From Bugula neritina (Eukaryota; Animalia; Bryozoa), in NCBI GenBank assembly GCA_964035545.1, contig OZ037769.1, positions 3,577,929-3,641,928 on the forward strand: a DNA stretch of 64,000 nucleotides, written 5' to 3'. The notes under the pieces were generated by a model. It saw only the letters and a list, made by a program, of their open reading frames with translations. It did no database searches and was not told the origin of the DNA. Both the position numbers and the translations under genes were made by a program. Shown here in pieces: positions 1 to 12,187 of this stretch. The stretch's first letter is position 1. Each line of letters begins with the position of its first letter.

Positions 1-64
1 AATTTTATATATAGATTGTGATATCTTTGAACTTATTTATACAACAATACTGTTGTGCTTTCAG

Positions 65-396
65 ATTCTTATGTGAAGGTTTGTGTCTCACAATTTGGTC
101 GCTCCAATGTGAAGAAACAAACTCAGGTACAAAAGAACAGCACCAGTCCAAATTTCGATGAAACTTTCGTGTTTTCGATTTCGCCGAGTGCCAGAAATTT
201 AGAGACGGCGACTATTTGTATCAAAGTGATGAACAAAGAGTTGATAAAAGGTGACTCAGTAATTGGAGAAATAATTTTAGGGGATATATGTGACTCAAAC
301 CATGAGAGCTATAACGATTCTTTTTGGGAGAGTCTCCTATCGTCCCCAACTAAATGTTTGAGCCAGTGGCTAGAAATTAGCCCAGGATTATCTTAG
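65..396 (+). CDS. Terminal coding exon of a C2-domain protein (synaptotagmin/C2CD4-like C2B domain); upstream exons lie outside the window
   Basis: Acceptor ctttcag at 58-64 (phase 1). Translation DSYVKV...KKQTQVQKNSTSPNFDETFVF...IKVMNKELIKGDSVIGEIILG...W...QWLEI fits the C2 pattern (D.YVKV, KK.T.V, P.F.E.F.F, IG...LG, terminal W). Stop TAG at 394-396. Confidence 0.85.
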
Positions 397-2652
397 TTTT
401 TGATTGTGGAAAATCGCTTAAAGCAGCACAAAGTAGTTTGGGAGGCATTGAGTATGGAGTTGATGGCTTAGAGTTTATACAAACACTGCACTCAATGACC
501 AACAACTGTGTGCTGCTTCTAGCAAATTCCATCATTATATCTGAAAACACACCAACTTTTGTATGCCTATCCTTGTTTCTTTCTAACACAAACTTTATTA
601 GCAATTAGAAAACTTTGAAAATTATCTTTATGCTTGCAAAATAATTAAATTTTCACAATAATATTAATGTGTATAATAAGAATGCAAGCATTGCGCTTAT
701 CGCATATTATATAGCTGCTCTAATAAAACCTGTATATTCTTTTTATAACTTATATATTTATATTTTTTATACTTTCATACTTCTTAATTTACTTTGATCA
801 TTTAATGCAATATTACGATTGATTGCTTTGATAATATACATTTAACTAATAGTATGACATCATATGTGATTATAATTGTACTTTATATTTATTTTTATTA
901 TAAACCAAATTTTTAAAAGAAAAAAAAACTGCCAGAAGACACAAACCAAAATGGTTGAAGTTTTGTATAGATAACTTATTTCATTCAAGTGATTTATCTG
1001 AATATTTATTTTTTATTTGTTTAGAAATTATATATAATAATAAATTTTTGCATCCAAGTTAAAAATGATGAAACTAACTTATTGCCAGTATTTTTATAAC
1101 CCACTAAAGAAATTATGTAACCAACTACCTTACAATAAGTTTAAATTTCTTTCGCTATGGATACACAATTACAAACTAGCAGCTTCTGAAGCCACTGCAA
1201 TTTACAAACATTTTACTGATTCTAACAAAAATCTACATTAAGTACATAAGTCTAATAACTATCATGCAGATAAAATAATACTCAATATAGAATTAGGTTT
1301 TGCAGTTTAATCTACATGTGTGCAGCTCCAAACTAAATGTCTCTATATATCAAATTGTAATCATTGCTTCAACAAATTGGAAGTTACAAATTATATTCCA
1401 CATTCCCATCAAATGTTAAGTTTTTGAGTATTTATGCGTGTTTTTGTCTTTGGGTAGTTTTGCTCTTTGAACAAAATTATCATATATCATATAAAATATA
1501 TATAAAGTACAATTATAGTTACTTAAGTATAAAAATATATTGATATACTGATGTATATTGTTACTAAACTTCTAGCATTAATTGTTGAAATTGAAAATAC
1601 AAAAATTTCATGAGAATTTCGACTCCGGTTGTTCATTAACCCTGTCTATATAGTCAACAGAGGTTATTATGTTTAACAATTATTCTCTTAAAAAGTGCTA
1701 ATACTAGCGAAAAATTATTTTAGGTTTTTTGACCTGCTATTCTAATTATATTGAGTTTTATTCCAAAGGGCCAGTTGTTAAAGCTGAAAGTATAATCTGA
1801 ATGAACAAGAGTCAAATAGATATTAGCATGTTATTGTAGAGATACAAAATCTGGTTGCAAACAATCCATGTGATATTTATAGCTAAAGCTAATGTTTATT
1901 GCAAAGTGCTTCATACATTTCATGTCTAAATGTTATACTTGAACTTGTTTTGCTTCCATACTTAATGTTATAACTGAACTTGTAATGAACTACATTCAGG
2001 GGTCACTTTATAAATATGCATTTATTCAGTGAATTTTTCAACTCTCAAACAAAGAATTAGAAAGTAATGTATACAACATCAATAAAAAAACCAGATCTAC
2101 AAAGGTGAAGGAAAAAACGTGTCAAAAAATAATTATTATGCACAACTTCTCATAGAATCATAATATTAGGTCTGGCCCTGTTACTGCTCTTGTAGCCATA
2201 TACTTATCACCATCTCCATTTGGAAAGTTTGGGTTTTTTAGCTTTCAAATTCCTGTAAAATACAGCTAAACTGAGTATATGTAAAGTTCAAATAAGGTTA
2301 CAGAATGCAGTCGTGAGCTAGAAAATCGGTATAACTGCAATTGCACAATAATTTACAAAACAAGATTTAAAATATTTAACATTAGTTTAACCTACATTGC
2401 TCAGATGCGCTAAAGGTAAGTGACATCATACTGTACTAGAGCTCCATCAGCAAACTACTTTAAATGCTGCCAATAGCTGGAGGTCCTGGTAGAGGAATCT
2501 AAAATTAAATATATTAATTATAGGCAACCATATGCAGTATAATATACTGTATATATATAATGTGCAGTGTATATAATACTAATGTATTATATATGATACA
2601 ATAATGTATATAATGTATATATATGCAGTAGATACATATACAAGGTATAATA

Positions 2653-2868
<216 letters not shown>

Positions 2869-2943
2869 TATACAATATATACACTTAAATAGTAACATAT
2901 AACAAGTCAACAAACAGTAGAAAAGCCCAATACTAATAAATAT

Positions 2944-3094
2944 TTTTCTGGATAGAGTCGCTGTCAGCTCGTGTTGGCCCGCGCATGACTAGCTAGGCTA
3001 TAGCGCAATGGGCCTCATCATCGCCTCCTTGGCATTTTCTAATGTCCTTGTGTTATTAAATACCTTTGATGAAATAAACCAAACAAACAAAAAA
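2944..3094 (+). mobile_element. Short retroposed insertion (SINE or LINE 3' end) in intron 1 of ncRNA copy 1
   Basis: ~150 bp absent from the matching intron of copy 5 (empty site near 13815-13835). It ends in aataaaccaaacaaacaaaaaaaa and is flanked by aaatat on both sides (2938-2943, 3095-3100). Confidence 0.6.
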
Positions 3095-4739
3095 AAATAT
3101 ATAATAGATATTATACTTACCATTCACAGCTCTTTAGGAACCCAATACATCCCACATCTACATGAGATTATAACTTGTAAATCTCAACTCCAGTCTCATA
3201 ACTCAACCACTCAACTCACACTTTTATACTCTGGAATCTAACACAGCCTCATAGCTTTGTGCTTTCAGAACAATTAAAAGCTTTTTTTATCCTTCAGTGA
3301 CATAAGCATAAAGCTAAGAAATCTGACTAAGTAAAACTAAACACTGAAAATGTGAAGTGAAAATAGCTGAATATGTAAAGCTAAAAGCTGAAAAAATTAA
3401 GGAAAACTCTGTTTGTCATATCCTTGACTTGAAACTTTAATTTTCTCACGAAAAATAATTTTGAAAATTTTATTGATGCTTCTTCGTAAGCTTTTAGTTA
3501 CTAATAACATTATTTTTATTGAGAAATATTTATTAAAATCTACCATGTAAAAGATTTAAAGTTATTTGGGTAATTACATAGTTTGCCTATTTCTATTAAC
3601 TCAACCATATTGTTTACAAACTATAAGTAAATGATGTTGAAGCTTTCGCCATTAACAAAACACCAATTCCCCTCTATGGGTTTGTGAAAAAATCAATTAC
3701 TAAATGTTATTCCTTATACATACAATAATTTCTTTTTTATTAATTTTTTATAAATTATCATATAATAATCATATAAGTTTGTAATTCAAGCTCATGGTTA
3801 TATTGAACTTGCATTTGGTCAAAAGGAAAACATTTAATTAGTCAAACTCAGAACAAACTGGTAGATATAGTAAAAACTAAACAAATCAGCTGCATATTGC
3901 GTATTCTTATTCAATAGAGATGGTTTCTTTTACCAGTCACACCAGGGAGTTGAAGGTTACACACAGACTGTATTTTATCTATTGAATGGTTAAACTGAAA
4001 TATTTACCTTCAACTCCATTTATATAATATAAATAGATTTCAATAATATTCAAATAAATTGCACATAAAATACATATACTTATACTGTACTAAAATAAAT
4101 AGATAGCATCTAATTGGGATGACACTGCTCTATCATGTGACTGGTGAAAGAATTCATCTCCTTTAATTGAGATGTTAATCAATGAATAGCACAATATTTG
4201 AACTCTGACTATATATATCTGCCAATGTGGCCTAAAATTTAGTTAATTATATATTTTCCTTATGATCAAATGCATTTTCACTACAATCATGCGCTTAAAT
4301 TCCATTATTATATCATAATTATTTATAATTACAGTATTATATGTTTATTTATTAATATTTATTGAAGAAGTAGGTCATTGGAAATTTTGTGGTTAAAATT
4401 TGCTGTTGAAATAAAAATATTGTGGTAGATTTTTCTGAAATATGTTTAGGAAGAAAATGAATGATTTCTTTTCTTAAAACCAAAACAAAGTTTCCATATG
4501 TTGCACTAACTTCAAAGTTTACATACATCAGTAGTATATTGCATAAGCAACACAGCTTCAGTGCATATAGACGAGGCCTTTACTATTAACCTAATAATTT
4601 AAATTTGTTCTCATGTCATGATTTGAAAAGGATTTCCCAATCAAAATTAAAATTTAACAACAAAGTAGCACAATTAATATTTCCACAAAATCTTTTTAGA
4701 TTTAAAAGTTGAAATTCAACTATGAAAGTTATGGAAAAA

Positions 4740-5300
4740 AGAGAAGATTACAGCATATTACAGCTGTTAGCTTTTCATATTCAGCTATTTTCACTTTGTA
4801 TTTTCAGTGTCTAGCCTTACAAAGCCAGTTTTCTTGGCTCTGTGTTTATGTCACTGAAGGATACAGAGCTTAATTGTGATTGCAGATTGCAAAGTCTACA
4901 ATAACATGATTAATTATCTATATGACTCTTGTTACATGCAAATTGCTCTCAGCTTTAACAATTGGGCCTTTTAAATAAAATTCAATATAATTAGAATGGC
5001 AGGTAAAAAGGCTCGAAATAATTCTTCACTAGTATCAGCACTTTTAAAAAGTTTGCTAGAATAATTTGATGAATAATCAAAAATCTTTAAGCTGTTTTTC
5101 GGGAAAACAATAGAAACCATCTCTCCATGTATAAATGCATTATTGATAGAACAAGCTCTTTACTACTCATTCAATATTGTGGATAGATTACTCCAAATAT
5201 TTTGAGGCAAAGCTTAAAAGTTATAAGTAAAAAATGCACATAGGTGAGTAAAATATTTAGAGTTATCCTCTTACAGAGTTATCTCTTTTAGTAGTCTATT
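4740..5300 (+). pseudogene. Internally deleted sixth copy of the ncRNA gene: upstream arm fused directly to the 3' flank
   Basis: 4770-4877 matches the upstream arm of copy 5 (tattcagctattttcacttt...tgtgtttatgtcactgaaggat...ttaattgt). It then jumps to sequence matching the 3' flanks of copies 1 and 5 (ttagaatggcagg, gtagtctatt). The TATA box and all three exons are missing. Confidence 0.65.
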
Positions 5301-5451
5301 TGGCAGAGTAGTGTAGCTACCAAGTACCAATCTCTTTTTAACAATTGCCTAAAATCTATTTTAACAAAGGGTGTTCAACTCTATTACACATTGCAATGAA
5401 TATAGAGAAATATAATTACAAATTTGAATTATCATGTGATATGTTTTATAG

Positions 5452-5680
5452 GAAGGAAGGGTATTCACTCAATACAACAATAGATACATTAAGGAAAGTT
5501 CTCTCAAGTAAAGGTAGCATAGCCACAGATTCTACAGCTAGAACAGCGGGGCTCATAACCCCAGCCTCAGTGCCTGAGTTCTCTATTCCAGTGACAGGAA
5601 AGTCTTGCCGGATTGTTCAAACTGGTTTATCTCAAAGTTTTGATGACGACATGGTTCTGCACACAGCAACTAAACCAAAG
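5452..5680 (+). other. Orphan exon-like open segment with a C2CD4-type (L/V)TPxxIPEFxIP motif
   Basis: Acceptor ttttatag| at 5451 and donor AAG|gtaaga at 5680, with an open frame containing LITPASVPEFSIP. This resembles the VLTPDRIPEFxIP N-terminal motif I recall for C2CD4 proteins. No partner exons were found nearby. Confidence 0.4.
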
Positions 5681-6057
5681 GTAAGATAACTCCTAATTGT
5701 GCCATCTTACATGTTAGTTTAAAGAATCTGAATTTGTAATACAATATTTTACAATGCCATATTAATATAATGCTAAAATAAAATGTAGTATTGAAATTAT
5801 ATACTTTGTAATTGCGAATATTTGGATTTTAATCTTAATGTATGTTGCATATAATATATATAATTTTTTAGGAATGAAGACTAATAATTGAAGTATGAAA
5901 CATCTCTCAATTAAGCTAATTTTGCTGTTGTTAAATTAAATTTATTTGAATGAGGATAAAAACATGCAATAAATACTTGTCTTTGTGTTGTGGAGGATTT
6001 TTGATTAACATTTGCAATATAATAATGCATGTATATAATTATATACTAGCAAAGAAG

Positions 6058-6061
<4 letters not shown>

Positions 6062-6147
<86 letters not shown>

Positions 6148-6150
6148 TAT
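6062..6150. repeat. (TA)n microsatellite
   Basis: Seen directly. Confidence 0.95.
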
Positions 6151-6234
6151 TAATGCAACTTTATTTATTCCAATATTTAATGCTTATATATTTAAATGAA
6201 CCTGTTATAAATTACATTGGGATTCACTTTATAA

Positions 6235-7154
6235 ATATGCATTTATTTAGTGAAATTTTTAACTCTCAAACTAAGAATCAGAAAGCAAAGCATACAACAT
6301 CAAATAAATTACCGGATCTTCAAAGATGGAAATAAAAAAATCGTATACAAAAATAATTCTTATGTACAGCTTCAGATCGGATCTCTTTATGTACAGTTGA
6401 TGAGATCCGATGAAGATTATATAGCATGATGCACTGTAATGTTTTACTTCTCAGCTCTGGTTCTTTATTTGCTGTGTCCATACTTAACATCATTTCAGTT
6501 TAGAAAGGTGGTTTTTTTCATTCAAAATTCCTGTAAAATACAACTAAAGTGTGTATATACACAGCCCAGATAAAGTTGCATAATGCATGCATGCAGTGAT
6601 AAACTAGTTTAGCTGCAATTGTACTATCACAAATTTACAAAACAGTATTAAATTAGTTCACATTAATTTAACCTACATTGCTCAGATGCACTAAAGGTAA
6701 GTGACATCATACTGTACTGGATTTCCATCAGCAAACTTCTTTAAATGCTGCCAAAAGCTGGAAGTCCTGGTAGAGGAATCTAAAATCAAGTATAATTATT
6801 ACTAATACTATCAAATGCAATATACTAACTTTCCATATACAATATTCAGCCTATATAATACTATTATATATAGTAATACAACATACAATGAATATAACAT
6901 ATGTATGCAATTTATACACAGGTATAATGCCCTATATAGGTTATATACAATATTTACAAATATAATATAACACACAAGTCAACAACTAGTATATTACGCA
7001 CTGAATATTACATACAATAAATATATAATATAGATACTATGCTTACCATTCACAGCTCTTCAGGAACCCAATACATCCCACATCTACATGAGATTATAAC
7101 TTGTAAATCTCAACTCCAGTCTCATAACTCAATCACTCAACTCACACTTTTATA
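6235..7154 (-). ncRNA. Copy 2 of the 3-exon ncRNA/micro-ORF gene
   Basis: TATA at 7154-7147, exon 1 donor at 7047, exon 2 at 6779-6677, exon 3 from 6530, AATAAA at 6247-6242. Confidence 0.62.
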
Positions 7155-9159
7155 CTCTGGAATCTAACACAGCCTCATAGCTTTGTGCTTTCAGAACAAT
7201 TAAAACCTCTGCATCCTTCAGTGACATAAACACAAATTCCCTAAGAAAGCTGACTAAGTAAAGTTAAACACTGAAAATGTGAAGTGAAAATGGCTACAAA
7301 TCTGGAACTAAAAGCTGAACAATTTAAAAAAAGCATAACCTTCAAAGCAAACAGCAAAAATTTGCTGTGTCTCTTTTCTTTTTTTTCAAAACTTTTACAG
7401 TTTAATTTTAAATTGAGTAGTGTGTAAAGACTTTTAAAAATATTTGCTTCTGTTTGTCATAAATTTTAATCTATATTGAACAATCTCTTTTAAATCTTAT
7501 TAATATGAAAGAGATTGAAAATTACTATGTTAATAGTATATATTATGACCCTTTCTATATGCACTGAAGCTGTGTTGCTTTTGCAATACTACTGATGTAT
7601 ACATGTAAACTGTGAAGTTAGTGCAACATATGGAAACTCTGTTTTGGTTTTAAAAAAGAAACCCCTCATTTCCTTCCTATAAATAATTAAAAAAACATCA
7701 ACCACAATATTGTGTTATTTCAACAGCAACTTTTAACCACAAAATTTCCAATGACTAATTTTTCACCAAATATTAGTAAATAATCATAATACTGTATTTA
7801 TAAATAATTATATAATAATAAAATTCAAACACATTGTTGTAGTGCAAATGCATTCAATCATTTCAGGAAAATATATAATTTACAAAGTTTTTGCCACTTT
7901 GGCAGATATAGTCTGAATTCAAATAATGTGCTATTCATTGATTGAAATTTCAATTAAGGTAGATGACTTCTTTTACCAGTCACATGATGGAGTTGAAGGT
8001 AAATATATCAGTTTAAAAATTCCGTAGATAAAAGACAGACTGTGTGTAACCATCAACCCCCCTGGTGTGACGGGTAAAAAATCGTCTCTATTGAATAAAA
8101 ATTTTCAAAATATGCAACAGAAAATTTTAATTATCTACCAGATTTGCCTAATTACCAAATTACATATATGTTTTCCAATTGTGAGTTGATGTAACTTCAA
8201 TACCACTGTGCGCTTGAATTGGATCATTATACAATTATTTATAATTATTATGTCACTATAATTTATTAAAACTTAAAAGAAAAAAAATTGTTGCATGTAG
8301 GCTATAAGAAATAACACATTGTGATTAATTTTTTTTCACAAAGTTATGGAACGGGATTGGTCCATGATCCACCTGCTCGTAAACACCTTGGTTGAGTGCA
8401 TTGAGAGAGGTAAAAGTTAGAATTAGCCAAATAAAAAGCGTTTGGATGAATTGCCAAGGCATACGATGCTAACCAAAGGTTTTATCCTAGATAGACGATC
8501 TTAATCCCAGTTAGACATATGCAGTAATATACCTATATATACCTCTATATAGCTGTTGTATTGATTGCTAATTTAGCTATAGCTAATAATATAAATTATT
8601 TGGAATAATAGTTCAATTTTCATGGATTTGGGTGAGACAACAAGCATTAATAGGTTAATAATAGATATTGCAAATCATAGGAATTTATTTAATTTCATGT
8701 GCTTAATAACAAGCAATTAATCCAAGTTAATTTAAACACATATTCCAATAATACTTTAAAAATTGCACATAAAATGTATAAAATTGTACCAAAAATAAAT
8801 TAATATAGTCTCGCTGGGAATCGTCTATGTGAGAAGTGGGAAATCTAGCCTATAGTGTCTATTTGGGATGACACTTAACCAAATAACTTCTAATCTTCAC
8901 ATATTGGGATTTACAAGATATTTCTTAATAAAAGTATTTTTATTAGTAACTAAAAATATAAGAAGAATTAGCAAAAAAAGTTTTCAAATGTTTTTGTCAT
9001 GAAAAAATTAAAATTTTAGGTCAACAAAATGAAAAGCAGAGTTTCCCTTAACTTTTTTAGATTTTAGATTTCTTGGCTTTGTGTTTATGTTACTGAAAGA
9101 TGAAAAGCTTTTAATTGTTCTGAAAGCACAAAGCTATGAGGCTGTGTTAGATTCCAGAG

Positions 9160-10075
9160 TATAAAAGTGTGAGTTGAGTGGTTGAGTTATGAGACTGGAG
9201 TTGAGATTTACAAGTTATAATCTCATGTAGATGTGGGATGTATTGGGTTCCTAAAGAGCTGTGAATGGTAAGTGCATGTATAACAATATATTCATTATGT
9301 ATAGTATTCATTGTAATATACTGGTTGTTGACTTGTGTGTTACTAAATATGTGTAAACATTATATATAGCTATATATTGTATACCTATATATATGTATAT
9401 ACTGCAGAAATTTATTATATACATTATTATATATTATCATATAATATATTATATTATATACACTGCATATTATATATATACTTAGTATAATGCATATGGT
9501 TGCCTAATTACTGATATATTTAATTTTAGATTCCTCTACCAGGACTTCCAGCTTTTGGCAGCATTTAAAGAAGTTTGCTGATGGCACTCCAGTACAGTAT
9601 GATGCTATTTGCCTTTAGGTAGGTTAACCTAAATTGAAATAATTTAATATGTTGTTTTGTAAATCAATGATTGTGCAATTATTATCAACGTTCCAGTGCA
9701 TGACTGCACTATTAAATTATATCTGAACTACATTATACATTACACTTCAGCTGTATTTTACAGGAATCTGGAATCTTGTAACAAGCTAAAAACATTCCAA
9801 ACAGAGATGATAATAACTATGGATACAATAGCAAATAAAGAACTTGATCTGAGAAGCCCCTTGCAAAAGATTAATATTTCTATTAACTTCCTCGGACCTC
9901 ATCAACTGTACATAAAGAGATCTGATTTGAAGCTGTACATAAGAGTTTATTTTTGTATACGACTTTTTTTATTTCCAACTTTGAAGATCTGGTAATTTAT
10001 TTGATGTTGTATACATTGCTTTCTGATTCTTAGTTTGAGAGTTGAAAATTTCACTGAATAAATGCATATTTATAA
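9160..10075 (+). ncRNA. Copy 3 of the 3-exon ncRNA/micro-ORF gene; carries a copy-specific 89-codon spliced ORF
   Basis: TATAAAAG at 9160-9167, exon 1 ends at 9267, exon 2 at 9530-9618 (14 nt shorter than copies 1, 2 and 5), exon 3 from 9764, AATAAA at 10057-10062. Confidence 0.62.
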
Positions 10076-11149
10076 AGTGACTCACCATGTGTAGTTCATT
10101 ACAAGTCAAATTATCTAGCAGTAATATTTAAACAAAACAAGTTGCAATATATTGTAATTAAAAGCACAGATAATCTTCATATTGCATGCACAAAACTGCA
10201 TACACGCTTTTTGCATTCAGGTTTAGTACCACGGCAATAAAATGCTTGTATCTATATATGTATATACCTATAGCCATGGGACTTGTTGTAGGCCTACTAG
10301 CCCCCTTCTCTAAATCGTGCTTGAAACATTATACTAGAGTCAAGATATATTATGACATTCCTTTGGGCTGCTCTGTAAAGTGCCACATTCTCCGCGGCCA
10401 GCTCTGCCAGAACAGATGGTCCAATCAGCAGCCATCTTGCCTATATTAGGAGGCTATATCAAGCATCCAATCACGCTGGGCTACTGGAGATATTATTGTG
10501 ATAATTACCCATGTATACAATCTCCATCAATTATAATTGTTTTGTTGCGATATGTGATATTATAATACTTTTGGCTTATTCGCTCTGCACCAGTTCAAGT
10601 TTCATTCTCTTTCTAGTGCACTTAATGCAAAGAGTTATTTTCTAGCATTGCAACACACACTCATAACCCACAATTATAGTAGCTGAAAAACTACAACACT
10701 ACCACACAGTTTTTTTGCATATTATAATTTTTAAGTTATTAGAGTAAATTAGTTATAATTTTAGAATTTATAATAAGTGAATATAGTAAACTTAGTTCTT
10801 TATATCAATTATAGTGTATTTCAAACTTGCTTAGTGAAACCTTATTATATTGGGCTGTTTTTTGCCTACCATTCTAATTAGATTAAGTTTTGTTGCAATA
10901 GCCCATCTGTTGAAGGTTAAAATTAATCTGCATGTAACGTAAGGCAGAGATATAAGCATGCTATTGTAGAGGCACAAAACCTGGTTGCAAGATGTTAGTA
11001 TGAAGTTCAGATGAAGCTAATGTTGGCATGCAAGATGCTTTAACCTTTTTATGCTTTAATATAATTATTATTGCAACTTCTTTTGTTTCAATATTAATTA
11101 ATGTGGTAACTGAACTTGTAATAAACTACACTTGGGAGTCACTTTATAA

Positions 11150-12187
11150 ATATGCATTTATTCAGTGAATTTTTTAACTCTCAAACTAAGAATCAGAAAG
11201 CAAAATGCAACATCAAATAAAATACCTGATATTCAAAGTTAAAACTAACAAAGTTGCATACAAAAATAATTCTTATATATACAGCTTCAGATCGGATCTC
11301 CTAGTTATGTACAGTTTATGAGTTCCGATGAAGATAATAGAAATCTTTTAACTGTGCTTCAAGTAACTTTTCAGGTCGGATTCTTTATTTGCTGTGGCCA
11401 TGCTTAATCACCATCTTTGTTTAGAAAGCTCAAGTTTTTTACATTCTAACTTCCTGTAAAATACAGCTAAAATATATGTTATATGTATATATAGTTCAGA
11501 TGTATTTACATGATACAAATATGCACTGGAAAGTTTTTACCTGTAATTACACGGAACCACCAATTTACAAAAATGGATCAATTTATTTTACTTAAACTTA
11601 ACCTACATTGCTCAGATGACCTAAAGGTATAGTGACATCATACAGTACTGGAGTTCCATCAGCAAACTTCTTTAAATGCTGCCAAAAGCTGGAAGTCCTG
11701 GTAGAGGAATCTAAAATCAAATTTAACAATTATATTAATACAATCTACTGCAATATATACTAATTTTCTATTCATATATAATATGCAGCATATACAATAC
11801 TAATATATATATATATATTATATAGTAATTAATATAGCATGCAATGAATATATAATATATGTACAGAATTTATACACAAGTATACAATATTGTATATAGG
11901 TGTGCAATATATTGTTTATGTACAATATTCGCAGATATAATATAATACATACGTCAACAACCAGTATATTACAATGAATACTACATTATATAATAATGTA
12001 TATATAATTTGTTAACCAGTATATTACACTATAAATAAGCCCAATACTAATCGATATATAATATAGATACTATGCTTACCATTCACAGCTCTTCAGGAAC
12101 CCAATACATCCCACATCTACATGAGATTATAACTTGTAAATCTCAACTCCAGTCTCATAACTCAATCACTCAACTCACACTTTTATA
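11150..12187 (-). ncRNA. Copy 4 of the 3-exon ncRNA/micro-ORF gene
   Basis: TATA at 12187-12180, exon 1 donor at 12080, exon 2 at 11710-11607, exon 3 from 11453, AATAAA at 11162-11157. Confidence 0.62.

Noticed and set aside
3008-3241. 77-aa ORF over the conserved block
   Set aside because: It is antisense to the splice, TATA and poly(A) signals and starts inside an insertion unique to copy 1.
7047-7090. Antizyme-type +1 frameshift site (TCC TGA)
   Set aside because: Only two copies have TGA, and no antizyme-like ORF2 follows in any frame.
9190-9300. Spliced-leader RNA genes (exon ending in AUG before a GT donor, multi-copy)
   Set aside because: The sequence after the donor is not conserved and has no Sm site, and conserved cis acceptors and downstream exons exist.
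9226-9618. Selenoprotein frame with TGA created at the exon 1/2 junction (…SCE-TGA-FLYQ…)
   Set aside because: No in-frame ATG (a TAA lies just upstream), no recognisable selenoprotein family, and the exon-3 hairpin lacks a SECIS core.
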